From an uncultured delta proteobacterium (GTDB lineage: Bacteria > Myxococcota > B64-G9): 64,000 bases of DNA. The DNA is taken from NCBI GenBank assembly GCA_963754925.1, contig CAVWHX010000004.1:544001-608000 (forward strand). The letters are read 5' to 3'. The notes beneath the pieces were generated by a model, which ran no database searches, was not told where the DNA came from, and saw nothing but the letters and a program-made list of their open reading frames with translations. The position numbers and the translations under genes are program-made. Positions 19,417 to 29,438 of this stretch are shown piece by piece (within the stretch, counting starts at the first letter, position 1; every line of letters starts with the position of its first letter).

Positions 19417-21408
19417 TTATGAGGAAGGTGCCGGCGTCGGCACGTTGTCGAAGCACAGCAATCCTTCAATTTCGCCGACGATTTGGTCGTCGGTGAAGTT
19501 TTTGCCTTCGATGGCCGCGGACGGACAGCTGGCCACGCAGGTGCCGCAGCCGCGACACATGGTTTCGTCCACGCGGGCCTTTTTACGTTCCTCATCAAAC
19601 GAGACCGCATGATACGGGCAAATATCGAGACAAGTGCGGCACCCTGAACATTGCTCGTCCTGAACATAGGCCGAAATCGATTCAAGCAGCACCTTTCCCT
19701 GCTGCAGGATGGTCAACGCGCCGGCTGCTGCGGCCGACGCTTGAGCCACCGTGTGGGGAATGTCTTTGGGCCCGGCGCAGGTCCCGGCGATGAACACGCA
19801 CTCGTTGGGCGTGCCGACTGGGTTGAGCTTGGGGTGCTGCTCGATGAAGAAGCCATCTTTGTTGCGCGATACCCCAAACAATCGGCCTACCTCGTCGGCG
19901 TCGGTGCGGGATTTGAGGCCATTGGCCAGGATGACCATATCGAGCGGAATGCGGCGTATAACGCCGGCCAAGGTGTCCTCGACCTGCACTATCAACTTGC
20001 CCTTCTCGGTCGGGTCGCGCGCCTCGTTGCTGATCGAGGCCGCCTTGCCGCGCACAAAGCGCACGCCTTCATTCAACAACCGATCGTAGAATTCCTCGTA
20101 GCCCTTCCCGACGCAGCGCATGTCGATATAAAAATTGTAGACCTCGGCATCGGAATGCTCGCGGATCAAGTGTGCGAACTTAAGCGAGTACATACAGCAG
20201 ACACCCGAGCAATACGACTGATGGTGTCGATCCCGGCTGCCGACGCAGTGGATAATGCCGACCGCCTTGGGGTGCTGCCCGGTGCTGGTTACGATTTCGC
20301 CCTTGCTGAAGCCGCCGGCGTTGACCATGCGCTCGAACTCGAGGGCGGTATAGACGTCTTTATAGGTGCCATAGCCGTATCGTTGCATTTGGTGTGCGTC
20401 GAACATTTCGTGGCCGGTCGTCAAAATGATTGCGCCGACTTCAATTTCCTCGACCGTATCCCTTTGCTCGAAGTCGATGGCGTTCATCTTGCAAAATTTC
20501 TCGCACACTTTACACTTACCCTTGAGGAAGAAGTTGCAGGCGTTGCGATCGATCACCGGCTTGTTCGGCACGGCCTGCGGGAACAGCGTATAGATCGCTT
20601 TGCGTTTGCCCTTGTTTTGCTCGAATTCGTTGTCGGCCTTAAACGGGCATTTTTCCTGACAGAGCCCGCAGCCGTTACATTTATTGTAGTCGACGTAGGT
20701 AGCCTTATGGCGCACCTTCACCTTCAAGTTGCCGACGTACCCGCCGACCTCTTCGATCTCGCTATAGCTCATCAATTTGATATTGGGGTGCTGGCCGACC
20801 GAGACCATTTTCGGGGTGAGGATGCACGCCGAACAGTCCAAGGTGGGGAAGGTCTTGTCGAGCATGGCCATATGTCCGCCGATGGATTGACTGCGCTCGA
20901 CCAAATAGGTTTTAAAGCCGGCGTTGGCGCACTGCAGCGCCGCCTGGATGCCGGCGATGCCGCCGCCCACCACGAGCACCGCCTGGGAGACCGAGACCTC
21001 GCATTCTGACAGCGGGCGCAGGAAACGCGCCTTGCCGCACGCGCCCGCCACCAACGACTTGGCTTTCTCGGTTGCAGCGGCGGTATCATCGGTGACCCAT
21101 GAACACTGCTCGCGCAGGTTGGCCATATGCATGAGGTAGTGGTTGAGACCCGCCCGCGCGCAGGCCGACCGGAAGGTCTTTTCGTGCATCAGCGGCGAGC
21201 AGGAAGCCACCACGATTCGATTGAGTTCATGCTCTTTGATGTCCTGGCGGATCATCTCCTGCCCGGGCTCGGAGCACATAAAAACGTAGTCCTTTGAAAC
21301 CACGACATTCGGCAAGGTGCGGGCATATTCTGCAACCGCCTTGACGTCCACCTTTCCGGCGATGTTCGAGCCGCAATGACAAACATAGACGCCGATCCGA
21401 ACTGACAT
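19417..21408 (-). CDS. hdrA: Heterodisulfide reductase subunit A
   Basis: IGVYVCHCG, CSP..HE..F, NLREQCSW, GGGIAG, LDKTFPTLDC, HCVGSRD, CSGVCCM and ferredoxin motifs. Confidence 0.95.
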   Translation of the reverse strand: MSVRIGVYVCHCGSNIAGKVDVKAVAEYARTLPNVVVSKDYVFMCSEPGQEMIRQDIKEHELNRIVVASCSPLMHEKTFRSACARAGLNHYLMHMANLREQCSWVTDDTAAATEKAKSLVAGACGKARFLRPLSECEVSVSQAVLVVGGGIAGIQAALQCANAGFKTYLVERSQSIGGHMAMLDKTFPTLDCSACILTPKMVSVGQHPNIKLMSYSEIEEVGGYVGNLKVKVRHKATYVDYNKCNGCGLCQEKCPFKADNEFEQNKGKRKAIYTLFPQAVPNKPVIDRNACNFFLKGKCKVCEKFCKMNAIDFEQRDTVEEIEVGAIILTTGHEMFDAHQMQRYGYGTYKDVYTALEFERMVNAGGFSKGEIVTSTGQHPKAVGIIHCVGSRDRHHQSYCSGVCCMYSLKFAHLIREHSDAEVYNFYIDMRCVGKGYEEFYDRLLNEGVRFVRGKAASISNEARDPTEKGKLIVQVEDTLAGVIRRIPLDMVILANGLKSRTDADEVGRLFGVSRNKDGFFIEQHPKLNPVGTPNECVFIAGTCAGPKDIPHTVAQASAAAAGALTILQQGKVLLESISAYVQDEQCSGCRTCLDICPYHAVSFDEERKKARVDETMCRGCGTCVASCPSAAIEGKNFTDDQIVGEIEGLLCFDNVPTPAPSS

Positions 21409-21425
21409 GATCCTTCTCCTTTTCC

Positions 21426-22316
21426 CTATGCAGCAGGCAGTTGCGTACGGGCCTGCCGCAAACAACTGACCGGAATCAATGAGCGTTGGAGAGCAAGCTG
21501 CTTGTCAGAAAGCCCCATGGCCAATCCAATCAACTGGGAGAGGCTCAACACCGGGATGCTGACCGCATCGCCCAGAAGTTTCTGGCTCTTGCCCTGGATG
21601 GCTTCCATCGTTACCTGACAGAGCGAGCAGGGGGTGACGATCGCATCGGCTCCGGCGGTTACGATGCTGCGCAGCACGTCGCTGCTCATCTTCTGGCCGA
21701 CTTCCTCACGGGTGGCCACCAGCGTGCCGCCGCAACAAGCAGACCGCATCTCGAAGCTCGCCACCTCGGCGCCGAGCGCCTTGATGATCGTCTCGAGGTT
21801 CTGGGGTGCTTCCTGGCTGTCGCCCACGGCATAGGGCCGCAGCACTTGGCAGCCGTAATACGGGGCGATCTTCAAACCGGCAAGCGGCGCACCAGCTTCT
21901 TTCTTCAGCCGCTCGACGCCGACTTCATTCACCAGCACCTCCAACAAATGACGCACCCTGACGGTGCCGCTATAGGTCAAGCCGCCGGCGGCAAGCGCGT
22001 CACGCACCTTACGGGAAAGCTCCGAATCTTGCTCCAATACCTTGTTGGCCTTGGTAAGCGACAACCAACAGCTCGGGCAGGGCGTCAGGACGGTGGCGCC
22101 GGCGCCGCCTTGCTTTTCGGCCAACGCTAGGTTGCGGGCCGAAAGCGAAAGCGACAGCACCTTATTTACCGATATGACCGTCGTGGTGCCGCAGCAGTTC
22201 CAGTCCTCGACCTCGGTCAGCTCGATTCCCAGCTTGGGGCATATCGCCAACAGGGACTCCTCATAAGATCGCGCGGTAGCTTTCTGCGAGCAACCCGGGT
22301 AGTAGAGATAGTTCAT
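21426..22316 (-). CDS. hdrB: Heterodisulfide reductase subunit B
   Basis: YYPGC, DWNCCG, CPSC, YYGC, CCGG and CSLCQ (two CCG domains). Confidence 0.93.
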   Translation of the reverse strand: MNYLYYPGCSQKATARSYEESLLAICPKLGIELTEVEDWNCCGTTTVISVNKVLSLSLSARNLALAEKQGGAGATVLTPCPSCWLSLTKANKVLEQDSELSRKVRDALAAGGLTYSGTVRVRHLLEVLVNEVGVERLKKEAGAPLAGLKIAPYYGCQVLRPYAVGDSQEAPQNLETIIKALGAEVASFEMRSACCGGTLVATREEVGQKMSSDVLRSIVTAGADAIVTPCSLCQVTMEAIQGKSQKLLGDAVSIPVLSLSQLIGLAMGLSDKQLALQRSLIPVSCLRQARTQLPAA

Positions 22317-22897
22317 TGCGCCGTTGCCTCCTCGAGCTCAGAAGCCCGCTGTACCATTTTAGAAAAACCCTCCATGTCTTTCAGGGTGTGCGCCATAATC
22401 GGCATGCGTCCCTTGAGAAACATGCGCAATCCCAATCCCGATTGCTTGATCATCTGTAGCGGGTGCTTGAACATCATGTACTTCATCAGCAGCTGCAGCT
22501 CCTGAGCACGGCCGTACTTCTTAACCAGATCGGTAAAGAGCTGGGCAAAGCGAATGGCGTCGGAATCCGGCGGAGAGATGCCCTCCTTGGCAGCCATGCG
22601 CTTGAGCGCGTAATTGATTTCGGTAATCTTGATCTCGGCCGGACACTTCACCGTGCACTCATAGCAGGATGAACAAACCCACGGGGTAAGGCTTTCGAGC
22701 ACTTCCTTCTTCATCCCGGCTCTGATCATCGCAAACAGGTGACGGGGGGTATGGGGCAGGAGCGCGGCGATCGGACACGTTCCGCTGCACGTCCCGCACT
22801 GAAGACAGGAGCGCAGGCGCTCACCCTCAGGCAACGCCGCGACCTGATCCATAAATTTGGTGTCTTGCCTACCTTCAAATATGACGTCGGCTGTCAT
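22313..22897 (-). CDS. hdrC: Heterodisulfide reductase subunit C
   Basis: CLQCGTCSGTCP and WVCSSCYECTVKCP; overlaps the hdrB start (ATGA). Confidence 0.92.
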   Translation of the reverse strand: MTADVIFEGRQDTKFMDQVAALPEGERLRSCLQCGTCSGTCPIAALLPHTPRHLFAMIRAGMKKEVLESLTPWVCSSCYECTVKCPAEIKITEINYALKRMAAKEGISPPDSDAIRFAQLFTDLVKKYGRAQELQLLMKYMMFKHPLQMIKQSGLGLRMFLKGRMPIMAHTLKDMEGFSKMVQRASELEEATAQ

Positions 22898-22963
22898 GAA
22901 TGTGTTCCTCCTGGTGCAGTAGCTTATCAATTGATGATATCACGTAGTTCCCGTTTACACACG

Positions 22964-24586
22964 TTATGCCGCGGTCATTTCGTCAAGGATGTGTTCTGCG
23001 AGAGCCTGTGTCGTCAGATCCTCGAAGGCTAGCGGGACTTCACCGCTATTTGGCTGAACCGCCACGGTCACAACTTTCTTTCCTGCTTCGCCCGCGGCTT
23101 TGACCATGTCCGAAGCTGCATTGCGTACCATGCTGCCCGGGATGCGGCCGATGTTGTCGGTCAGGATGAGCACCACGCGGTTGTTGGCAGCGGCCTCGCG
23201 CCGAATTTCCATCGGCGATATGGTGTCAAAACCAAGGGTGACGCGAATGGGGTACGACGCTTCGAGAATCGCTCGCACCAAACGCTGCCCGAGGCCCTGG
23301 TACTCCAACATCTTGCCGCCTGATACTAGCAACGCGACCGTATGGCCGAGGCGGTTGGTGATGCGGATCTTGCGCACCCAGCGCGGCAGTCCAGAAAGCG
23401 GTGCGGTGCGGAGCGTCTCGGCGGTCTGGGGCTGGAAGGCATCGTGCAGTATGTCAAGGATCTCGTTGTCGGCAAACGGCTCAACAGCGTAGAAAAAGAT
23501 CTTCCGTGAACGATACGCGCCTTCGAGGTTGCCTCCGGTGGCGCCAACGACGATGATCTTTACCGCAGGGGCGGCGTTGTTGACCTGGTCAACCATCTCG
23601 GGCCCGCGCTCGCCAAAAGCGGCTGCATCAAGAATCAGGGTGCGGGCCTGGCTATCGCGCAACGCGCCGAGCACGCCATCAATAGTCGTTGCCGGATGCA
23701 CCTGAACCCCGAGGTAGGCCAGTTGATTACGTTGCTCTTTAGCTTTGACCGCGTTGGCGTTGGCCAATACCACGTGGCGGGTCTTAGCGTACTTCATATC
23801 TTCGGAAAGATTCTCAGGCCGGACTCTAACCAACCAGCCTTCATGGCACGGATTGGCAAAAGCTTTACCCGGCGTCGTGGCAAGGGCGGTGTTGACCTCG
23901 ACCACCTCGCCGCTGACCACCGCGGGGATGGAACGTCCCGGCTTACCGGTGCTCTTAATGGCCGCTAGTGGTAATCCCCGGTAGACCGTCTCGCCGATCT
24001 TGGGTAGTTTCACTGACTCCAGCTCGTTGCTCTCTTCGCTTGAGATGAAAGCGCCAAGACGCACCGAGCCGTCTTGGCCAAGCTGCACCCAACCGTGGTT
24101 AAGGAACCGATACTCATCGCTGAGCGGGCTCCAGGTCCCGGTGCCGGGAACAACACCAGGGGTTGTCACACTAACTGCTTTGGCAGCCGGCGCAGTAGTG
24201 CTAACGGCAGTGGCTTCCGCCGTCAACCGCTTGACCGCATCAGAGATTTCGGCCGGGGTGAAGGGCTTGGGAATGTAGTCGACGGCTCCCAGCCGCATGG
24301 CCGCGGCGGCGTCCTGGATGCTCGAGTAACCGGTGATCATGATGATCGGGGCCTTGCGGTTGGTATTCCGGAATTGATGTAAAAACTCAAGGCCATCCAT
24401 ATCCGGCATCTTGACGTCAAGCAAGATGGCGGAGTAGTCATTGCCAGTAGCCAACTTTAGGCCCTCGCGGGAATCGGTCGTTGTCTCGACCTTATACCCT
24501 TGACCTTCGAAAATTCTCTGGCAGCTCTGGCACACAACCGGTTCATCATCAATTACCAAGAGTTTTGGTTGGGCATTGGCTTCCAT
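22964..24586 (-). CDS. Fusion of receiver domain, GcvH-like (lipoyl-carrier) domain, degenerate receiver and C-terminal domain
   Basis: REC: VIDDE, LLDVKMP, ITGY, YIPKPF. GcvH-like: HGWV...VRLG...LPKIG...SGEVVEVN...NP..EGWL. Confidence 0.8.
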   Translation of the reverse strand: MEANAQPKLLVIDDEPVVCQSCQRIFEGQGYKVETTTDSREGLKLATGNDYSAILLDVKMPDMDGLEFLHQFRNTNRKAPIIMITGYSSIQDAAAAMRLGAVDYIPKPFTPAEISDAVKRLTAEATAVSTTAPAAKAVSVTTPGVVPGTGTWSPLSDEYRFLNHGWVQLGQDGSVRLGAFISSEESNELESVKLPKIGETVYRGLPLAAIKSTGKPGRSIPAVVSGEVVEVNTALATTPGKAFANPCHEGWLVRVRPENLSEDMKYAKTRHVVLANANAVKAKEQRNQLAYLGVQVHPATTIDGVLGALRDSQARTLILDAAAFGERGPEMVDQVNNAAPAVKIIVVGATGGNLEGAYRSRKIFFYAVEPFADNEILDILHDAFQPQTAETLRTAPLSGLPRWVRKIRITNRLGHTVALLVSGGKMLEYQGLGQRLVRAILEASYPIRVTLGFDTISPMEIRREAAANNRVVLILTDNIGRIPGSMVRNAASDMVKAAGEAGKKVVTVAVQPNSGEVPLAFEDLTTQALAEHILDEMTAA

Positions 24587-24628
24587 GGTATGTTCCTTTC
24601 GTGGTTACGTTCCTCGATACTTATCTAT

Positions 24629-24645
24629 AGCATCGCTCATGCCAA
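24629..24645 (-). promoter_or_regulatory. Sigma54 (-24/-12) promoter of the REC-GcvH/hdrCBA operon
   Basis: Minus strand TTGGCATGAGCGATGCT (GG-N10-GC), ~45 bp upstream of the ATG. Confidence 0.65.
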
Positions 24646-24801
24646 CGCTTGATATCTTGACCAAGACGCTGAATATCAAGTGTATTATCGTTATCATGTT
24701 GATTCTGATGTCAATCTTAATTAAGATCGATTTTTGAGTCAAAAATTAATAATAATACTTATATATCAATATATTATACTAATAATTATATTTTCAGGTG
24801 G

Positions 24802-24820
24802 TGTATAGTAAAACTATACA
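24802..24820. promoter_or_regulatory. Palindromic candidate enhancer (UAS)
   Basis: TGTATAGT-AAA-ACTATACA, ~160 bp upstream of the sigma54 site, across a very AT-rich spacer. Confidence 0.45.
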
Positions 24821-24961
24821 TTGTATGAATCGTGTTTAAAATTGGAAATGATGATTTCTTGATTGATAAGTCGATTTAATTTATTGTTATTGAGCGGATA
24901 CGGTTTTTCCGGGGGCGAGCGGAAGGAAAGCTCGGCATAAGCTCATCGGGTCTCCTTCTGA

Positions 24962-25023
24962 TTGACATCACCTCGATCGAGGTTTAAATTAGACAAATAA
25001 GATCCAGCGCATGGTTATAACCA
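24962..25023 (+). promoter_or_regulatory. Sigma70-type promoter with two palindromes upstream of the FmdB-like gene
   Basis: TTGACA-17bp-TAAATT; ACCTCGATCGAGGT in the spacer; TGGTTATAACCA at 25012..25023. Confidence 0.45.
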
Positions 25024-25056
25024 CAGCGCGACGCTGGATATAAGGAAGGAGTAACC

Positions 25057-25281
25057 GTGCCAATTTACGAATATACTTGCAAAAAATGTAAACACGATTT
25101 TGAGGTATTGCTTCTATCCAGCGATCAAAAAGTCATGTGTCCAAAGTGCAACGCCAAAAACCTAAAGAAACATTTTTCGGTCTTTGCTCATAAAAGCGAT
25201 TTTGGCTTCACCCCGAGTACGGGCGGAGGATCCGCCTGCGGTAGTTGCAGTTCGTCAAACTGCTCGGGTTGTAAGGTATAA
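25057..25281 (+). CDS. FmdB-family zinc ribbon protein
   Basis: MPIYEYTCKKC..FE...CPKC...CGSCSSSNCSGC; RBS AAGGAG. Confidence 0.9.
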   Translation: MPIYEYTCKKCKHDFEVLLLSSDQKVMCPKCNAKNLKKHFSVFAHKSDFGFTPSTGGGSACGSCSSSNCSGCKV

Positions 25282-25609
25282 TCGCTTACGCCATAAGAGT
25301 ATCAACAGCATTCCCAGCCACAGTACCGGATCAAAGGAATAGGTTTGTTCGCACGCACAACCGCCATTTGTTCCGCTCAATTCCGTCAATTCTGAGTATC
25401 GATTACTGCTACCAGTACCCCCAAGTCGGAATACCCAAAAGCGTCCCGGGCCTGAGGCAGGCGGTAAGCACCAAACTCAACACAACCATCAAGCGAACAA
25501 TGCGCATGGTGTCCCTCATAATGGTACAGAGCGTGCTGATTAAGCAAAACGAGGTATGAAGACTCATTTGCCTTGATTTGGTCCGGCGGTACGGTATTAT
25601 CACCGCGCC

Positions 25610-26377
25610 ATGCAAACCTTCTCAAACATAGAAAAATGGGTGCTACGGGTGCTTGCCGAGTTAGGCGATTTCATGATTACCTCCGGCTTCGTTCTCATGG
25701 CATGCTTTACCCCTCCGTGGCGAATTTGGTTGATCGTTCAGCAGATGGAGTTCATCGGCGTGGGGTCGCTTCTTATCATCATACTGATGAGTATGTTCGC
25801 CGGCGGCGTTTTTACCCTTCAAACCGTCTACGCCCTATCGATGTTCAGTATGGAAAGCATGGTTGGCGCCACGGTCGCCTTGGCTTTGACCCGCGAGCTC
25901 TCGCCGGTCTTGAGTTCATTGATGATAACCGGCCGGGCGGGTTCTGCCATGGCAACTGAGCTTGGCACCATGCGGGTCACCGAGCAAATCGATGCGCTTG
26001 AATCCATGGCGGTCAATCCGCTTCAGTACTTAGTGGTCCCCCGGTTCATCGCATCGTTGATCATGTTCCCCGTCCTGACCATGGTGTCCAATTTAGTGGG
26101 CATGGTCGGATCATATGTTGTCGGCGTCATAATGTGGGGGATTGATCCGGGCAATTTTATAGAAAGGGTCAGGTGGTATGTTACCGCTCATGACATTTTT
26201 TCTGGGCTGATAAAATCGGTTGTTTTTGGAGGGGTTGTGACACTGGTGAGTTGTTTTAAGGGTTATCGAGCAGCCGGTGGAGCACGCGGTGTTGGGACTG
26301 CCACCACTCAGGCAGTTGTAATCAGTTCGGTCAGTATCATGATTATAGATTACTTTCTAACCGTGCTGATGTTTTAA
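25610..26377 (+). CDS. mlaE: MlaE-family ABC permease
   Basis: RELSPVL, GRAGSAMATELGTMRVTEQIDAL and GGARGVGTATT. Confidence 0.93.
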   Translation: MQTFSNIEKWVLRVLAELGDFMITSGFVLMACFTPPWRIWLIVQQMEFIGVGSLLIIILMSMFAGGVFTLQTVYALSMFSMESMVGATVALALTRELSPVLSSLMITGRAGSAMATELGTMRVTEQIDALESMAVNPLQYLVVPRFIASLIMFPVLTMVSNLVGMVGSYVVGVIMWGIDPGNFIERVRWYVTAHDIFSGLIKSVVFGGVVTLVSCFKGYRAAGGARGVGTATTQAVVISSVSIMIIDYFLTVLMF

Positions 26378-26795
26378 CATCCAACCGATTTTGCTAGCTT
26401 CGTGGCAGGAGAAACATGATTAGTCCAAGAAGCGGTAGTAAAGCACCCATCAGTATGATCGGCAACGAGATAGGGACAACCTTTCGAGGAAACTTTAACT
26501 AAAGCGGTCTTACCGGCCGCCCACCCAACGAAGCACAGATACATTAAGGAGTAGAAAAAAAAGATTGATACTATGATCATCTGGGATGACTGTGGCATCG
26601 TTGTTATTCTCGCTCACGGTTGCTCTTGATTTTCATGAGGAGCCTTTTACGGTATTTTGTGATGTTGATCGATACTCACTTAAGCGATACATTCTCCTAC
26701 GAATTAAAGACCTTGTCAATTGTTACATTGTCTGAGGTATTTAAAGTTGTTTTTACTAATACCTTCATATGGTTGCACATACAGGAGCTCATTTA

Positions 26796-27312
26796 ATGCC
26801 TTACCAACAACCATCGAACCATGCCCCGGTAGCGTTGGTGTTGGTTACGCCCGAGATTCCGGCCAACACCGGCAATATAGTACGTCTGTGCGCGGCGGCA
26901 GCCGTGCCGCTGCATCTGGTCGAACCATTGGGGTTTTCCCTGAGCGACCGCCTGGTTAAAAAGGGCCGGCCTGGATTACTGGCGTCACTGTCAGTTGACG
27001 ACACACCTCACCTTCGAGTCGCTGGAGGATCAACACCCGCAAACACGCTTTTTCTTTCTTTCGGCTCGGGCCGAGCGCTCAATTTATGAGTTAGCTCTGC
27101 GTTGGGGTGATTTTTTGGTGCTTGGCCCCGAAGCGCAGGGACTGTCAAGCCGCTTCTTGTCGCAACGCAACCGGAGGAAAAACCTGGTCGGTATCCCCAT
27201 GCCCGGCAATGTTCGCAGCCTAAATCTATCCACTGCCGCCGGGATTGTGGTGTACGAAGCGCTCCGCCAGCTTGGAGCGTTGGAGAAAACACATGCCCAT
27301 CCTCACGGTTGA
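26796..27312 (+). CDS. trmL: tRNA (C34/U34 2'-O)-methyltransferase, +1 frameshift in the A-run at 26958-26962
   Basis: PEIPANTGNIVRLC, LHLVEPLGF; KRAGLDYW is restored by removing one A; LGPEAQGL, IPM..VRSLNLS. Confidence 0.9.
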
Positions 27313-28277
27313 CCATAATGCAGACGGGTTGAGGCTCGACAAGTTCCTGCGCACGGTTTTGCGAGGAATGCCGCTCAGCCACATCTACAAGCTTCTCCGC
27401 ACCCGGAAGGTGCGGGTCAACGGTAGACGCGCAAAGGCCGACCGGGTGCTGGCCGACGGCGATCGGGTGCTTCTGCACATGAGCACGGATCAGTTTACTC
27501 AAGATACGCGCCGACCCAAGCGCGTTTCTCGGAATGGACTTCGGCGTTATGTATGAAGACGAGCACCTGTTGGTCGTAGCCAAGCCGCCCTTCCTCCCGG
27601 TCCACCCCGGAGCCGGGCATGAAGGAAATTCGTTGATTGACCAGGTGCACGCCTATCTTGAGGTGAAGAACACTCCCGGGGGGTTTCGGCCGGCGCTTGC
27701 CCACCGTCTCGATCGCGATACTTCGGGTCTGCTGTTGATAGGCAAGAGCGCCGTGGCGCTGCGCCGACTCAATCGAATGCTACACACCGGAGAGATTGCG
27801 AAATACTATCTCGCTCTGGTGATGGGCGCGCCACAGCCGATGTCTGGGCAGTGGGAACTTGAGGTCATGCGCCGCGACCGACCGGGGTTTGCCCGTGACG
27901 AGCCCCGTGGACGCAAGGATAAACCCGGCCGTACCGCGTACCGAGTGGCCACCGAACGCCACATCAAAGACCGTGCACAGGGTACCCTCGCGGTCAGCCT
28001 CTTGGTGCTGCACCTACTTACCGGAAGGACCCATCAAATACGCAGCCATCTTTTCCAAGTCGGCCACCCCGTAGCCGGAGATCCGCGCTACGGCGATAGC
28101 GATTTCAACCTTTTGATGTCAGAAAAATACAACCTCCACCGTCAGTTCCTACATGCTTTCAAACTTGAGCTTACGCACCCGGTAACTGGTGGGAAGCTGC
28201 AGCTGGTGGCGCCCTACCCTGCCGATCTTGAGCCCATTACTTCTAAACTAAAGCTCGGAATTCCGGCAGCGTCTTAG
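27293..28277 (+). CDS. RluA/RluC-family pseudouridine synthase with S4 domain, +1 frameshift near 27533
   Basis: RLDKFL..YKLLR..VRVNG (S4); KPPFLPVH, HRLDRDTSG, TGRTHQIR, GDPRYG and FLHA. Confidence 0.9.
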
Positions 28278-28342
28278 CAACATAACCGATTTGCTCTTAC
28301 AATTATGTAATAGACCATTTCAGCTAATACAACGATTTTGTT

Positions 28343-29437
28343 TCACACCATCTGAAAGTGATAATCTACTTCCACTAGACACCCTTTAGTTCCAGGCCGA
28401 AACGAGTCAGTTTGCCGACCAGTTATATTGCTTTCCTCTTGATGAATCAGCTTGACCTTTCGTTGCGAAAAAATACTTGTTGCATGCAGCCCTTTACCCA
28501 TCCTTGCTGGTGAAAGCCCTTTCCCACCTAATCGTATTACTATGCTCGCCTTCTTAGTAAGCACCTGACCTAGAACTCGCCACATATCCGATATCAAATC
28601 CCAATATTTTTCTACGCACTCATGCCTGTCGTCTTTGGAAACAAGCCCATAAGTTGGATAAGGCATCCCTCCGAGAAACCAAAGACGAAGCCATTGATCC
28701 TCCTCGTAGTTCGTTACATTCAGATATGGTGGCGATGTCACCGCACATCGAATTGGCCTATCGAATGCTTCCGTTTTTCGGGGTAGCTCCCGCATATCGG
28801 TCAGAAGTACCACGCCTCGTTTTTTTGGTGGTTCGCTCTCGAATCGGAAGGCGGCACGCTTTCTAATTATGTCGAAGGAATCTCGTTCCGGCGCTGTTAG
28901 ACCTTTCTCCTCCCAATATTTGATAGAGTATGCCGGCTTTGTGCTTATAGTGCGTGGCATTTGATTGCTTAGGTAGGCATTGGATTTCTGACTTTCCCCG
29001 TGGAGAGAACCAAGCACTAGAGCGGCGATGAAGCAATCTACTTCAGACCGACGCCAGTTTAATGATTCGCGAAGGAAAAGCAGCTGCCGGAAGGTCCTTG
29101 GATGGAAAGCATAATAGAAGAACCTCGGCAGGGCCTTTCTTTGCGGCTCCCATTCGTCGCTCTGGAAACGCTTTTCGAGGATCGTGATTCTTCTTCGAAT
29201 ATCTGTCAGAGAAGGAGGGGTTACCTTGGCCTTCGTAATGCAATATGCTACGGGGTTTATATCACAAGCAATGGCCTCACGGTTCATAAGTAACGCTTGG
29301 AAAGGCGTGGTGCCGCGACCACAAAAAAGATCGAGGACCATCTCTCCAGGTTTTGTTAAAATACCAATCCATTTTTCAGCAAATGACTCCGGAAACATCG
29401 CAAAATACGGACAAATAGAGTGGAACCTATGGCGCAT
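28343..29437 (-). CDS. Site-specific DNA methyltransferase, N4-cytosine type (alpha motif order)
   Basis: PYFAMFP, motif I DLFCGRGTT and DINP near the N-terminus; motif IV TSPPY in the C-terminal part. Confidence 0.85.
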   Translation of the reverse strand: MRHRFHSICPYFAMFPESFAEKWIGILTKPGEMVLDLFCGRGTTPFQALLMNREAIACDINPVAYCITKAKVTPPSLTDIRRRITILEKRFQSDEWEPQRKALPRFFYYAFHPRTFRQLLFLRESLNWRRSEVDCFIAALVLGSLHGESQKSNAYLSNQMPRTISTKPAYSIKYWEEKGLTAPERDSFDIIRKRAAFRFESEPPKKRGVVLLTDMRELPRKTEAFDRPIRCAVTSPPYLNVTNYEEDQWLRLWFLGGMPYPTYGLVSKDDRHECVEKYWDLISDMWRVLGQVLTKKASIVIRLGGKGLSPARMGKGLHATSIFSQRKVKLIHQEESNITGRQTDSFRPGTKGCLVEVDYHFQMV

Positions 29438-29438
29438 T

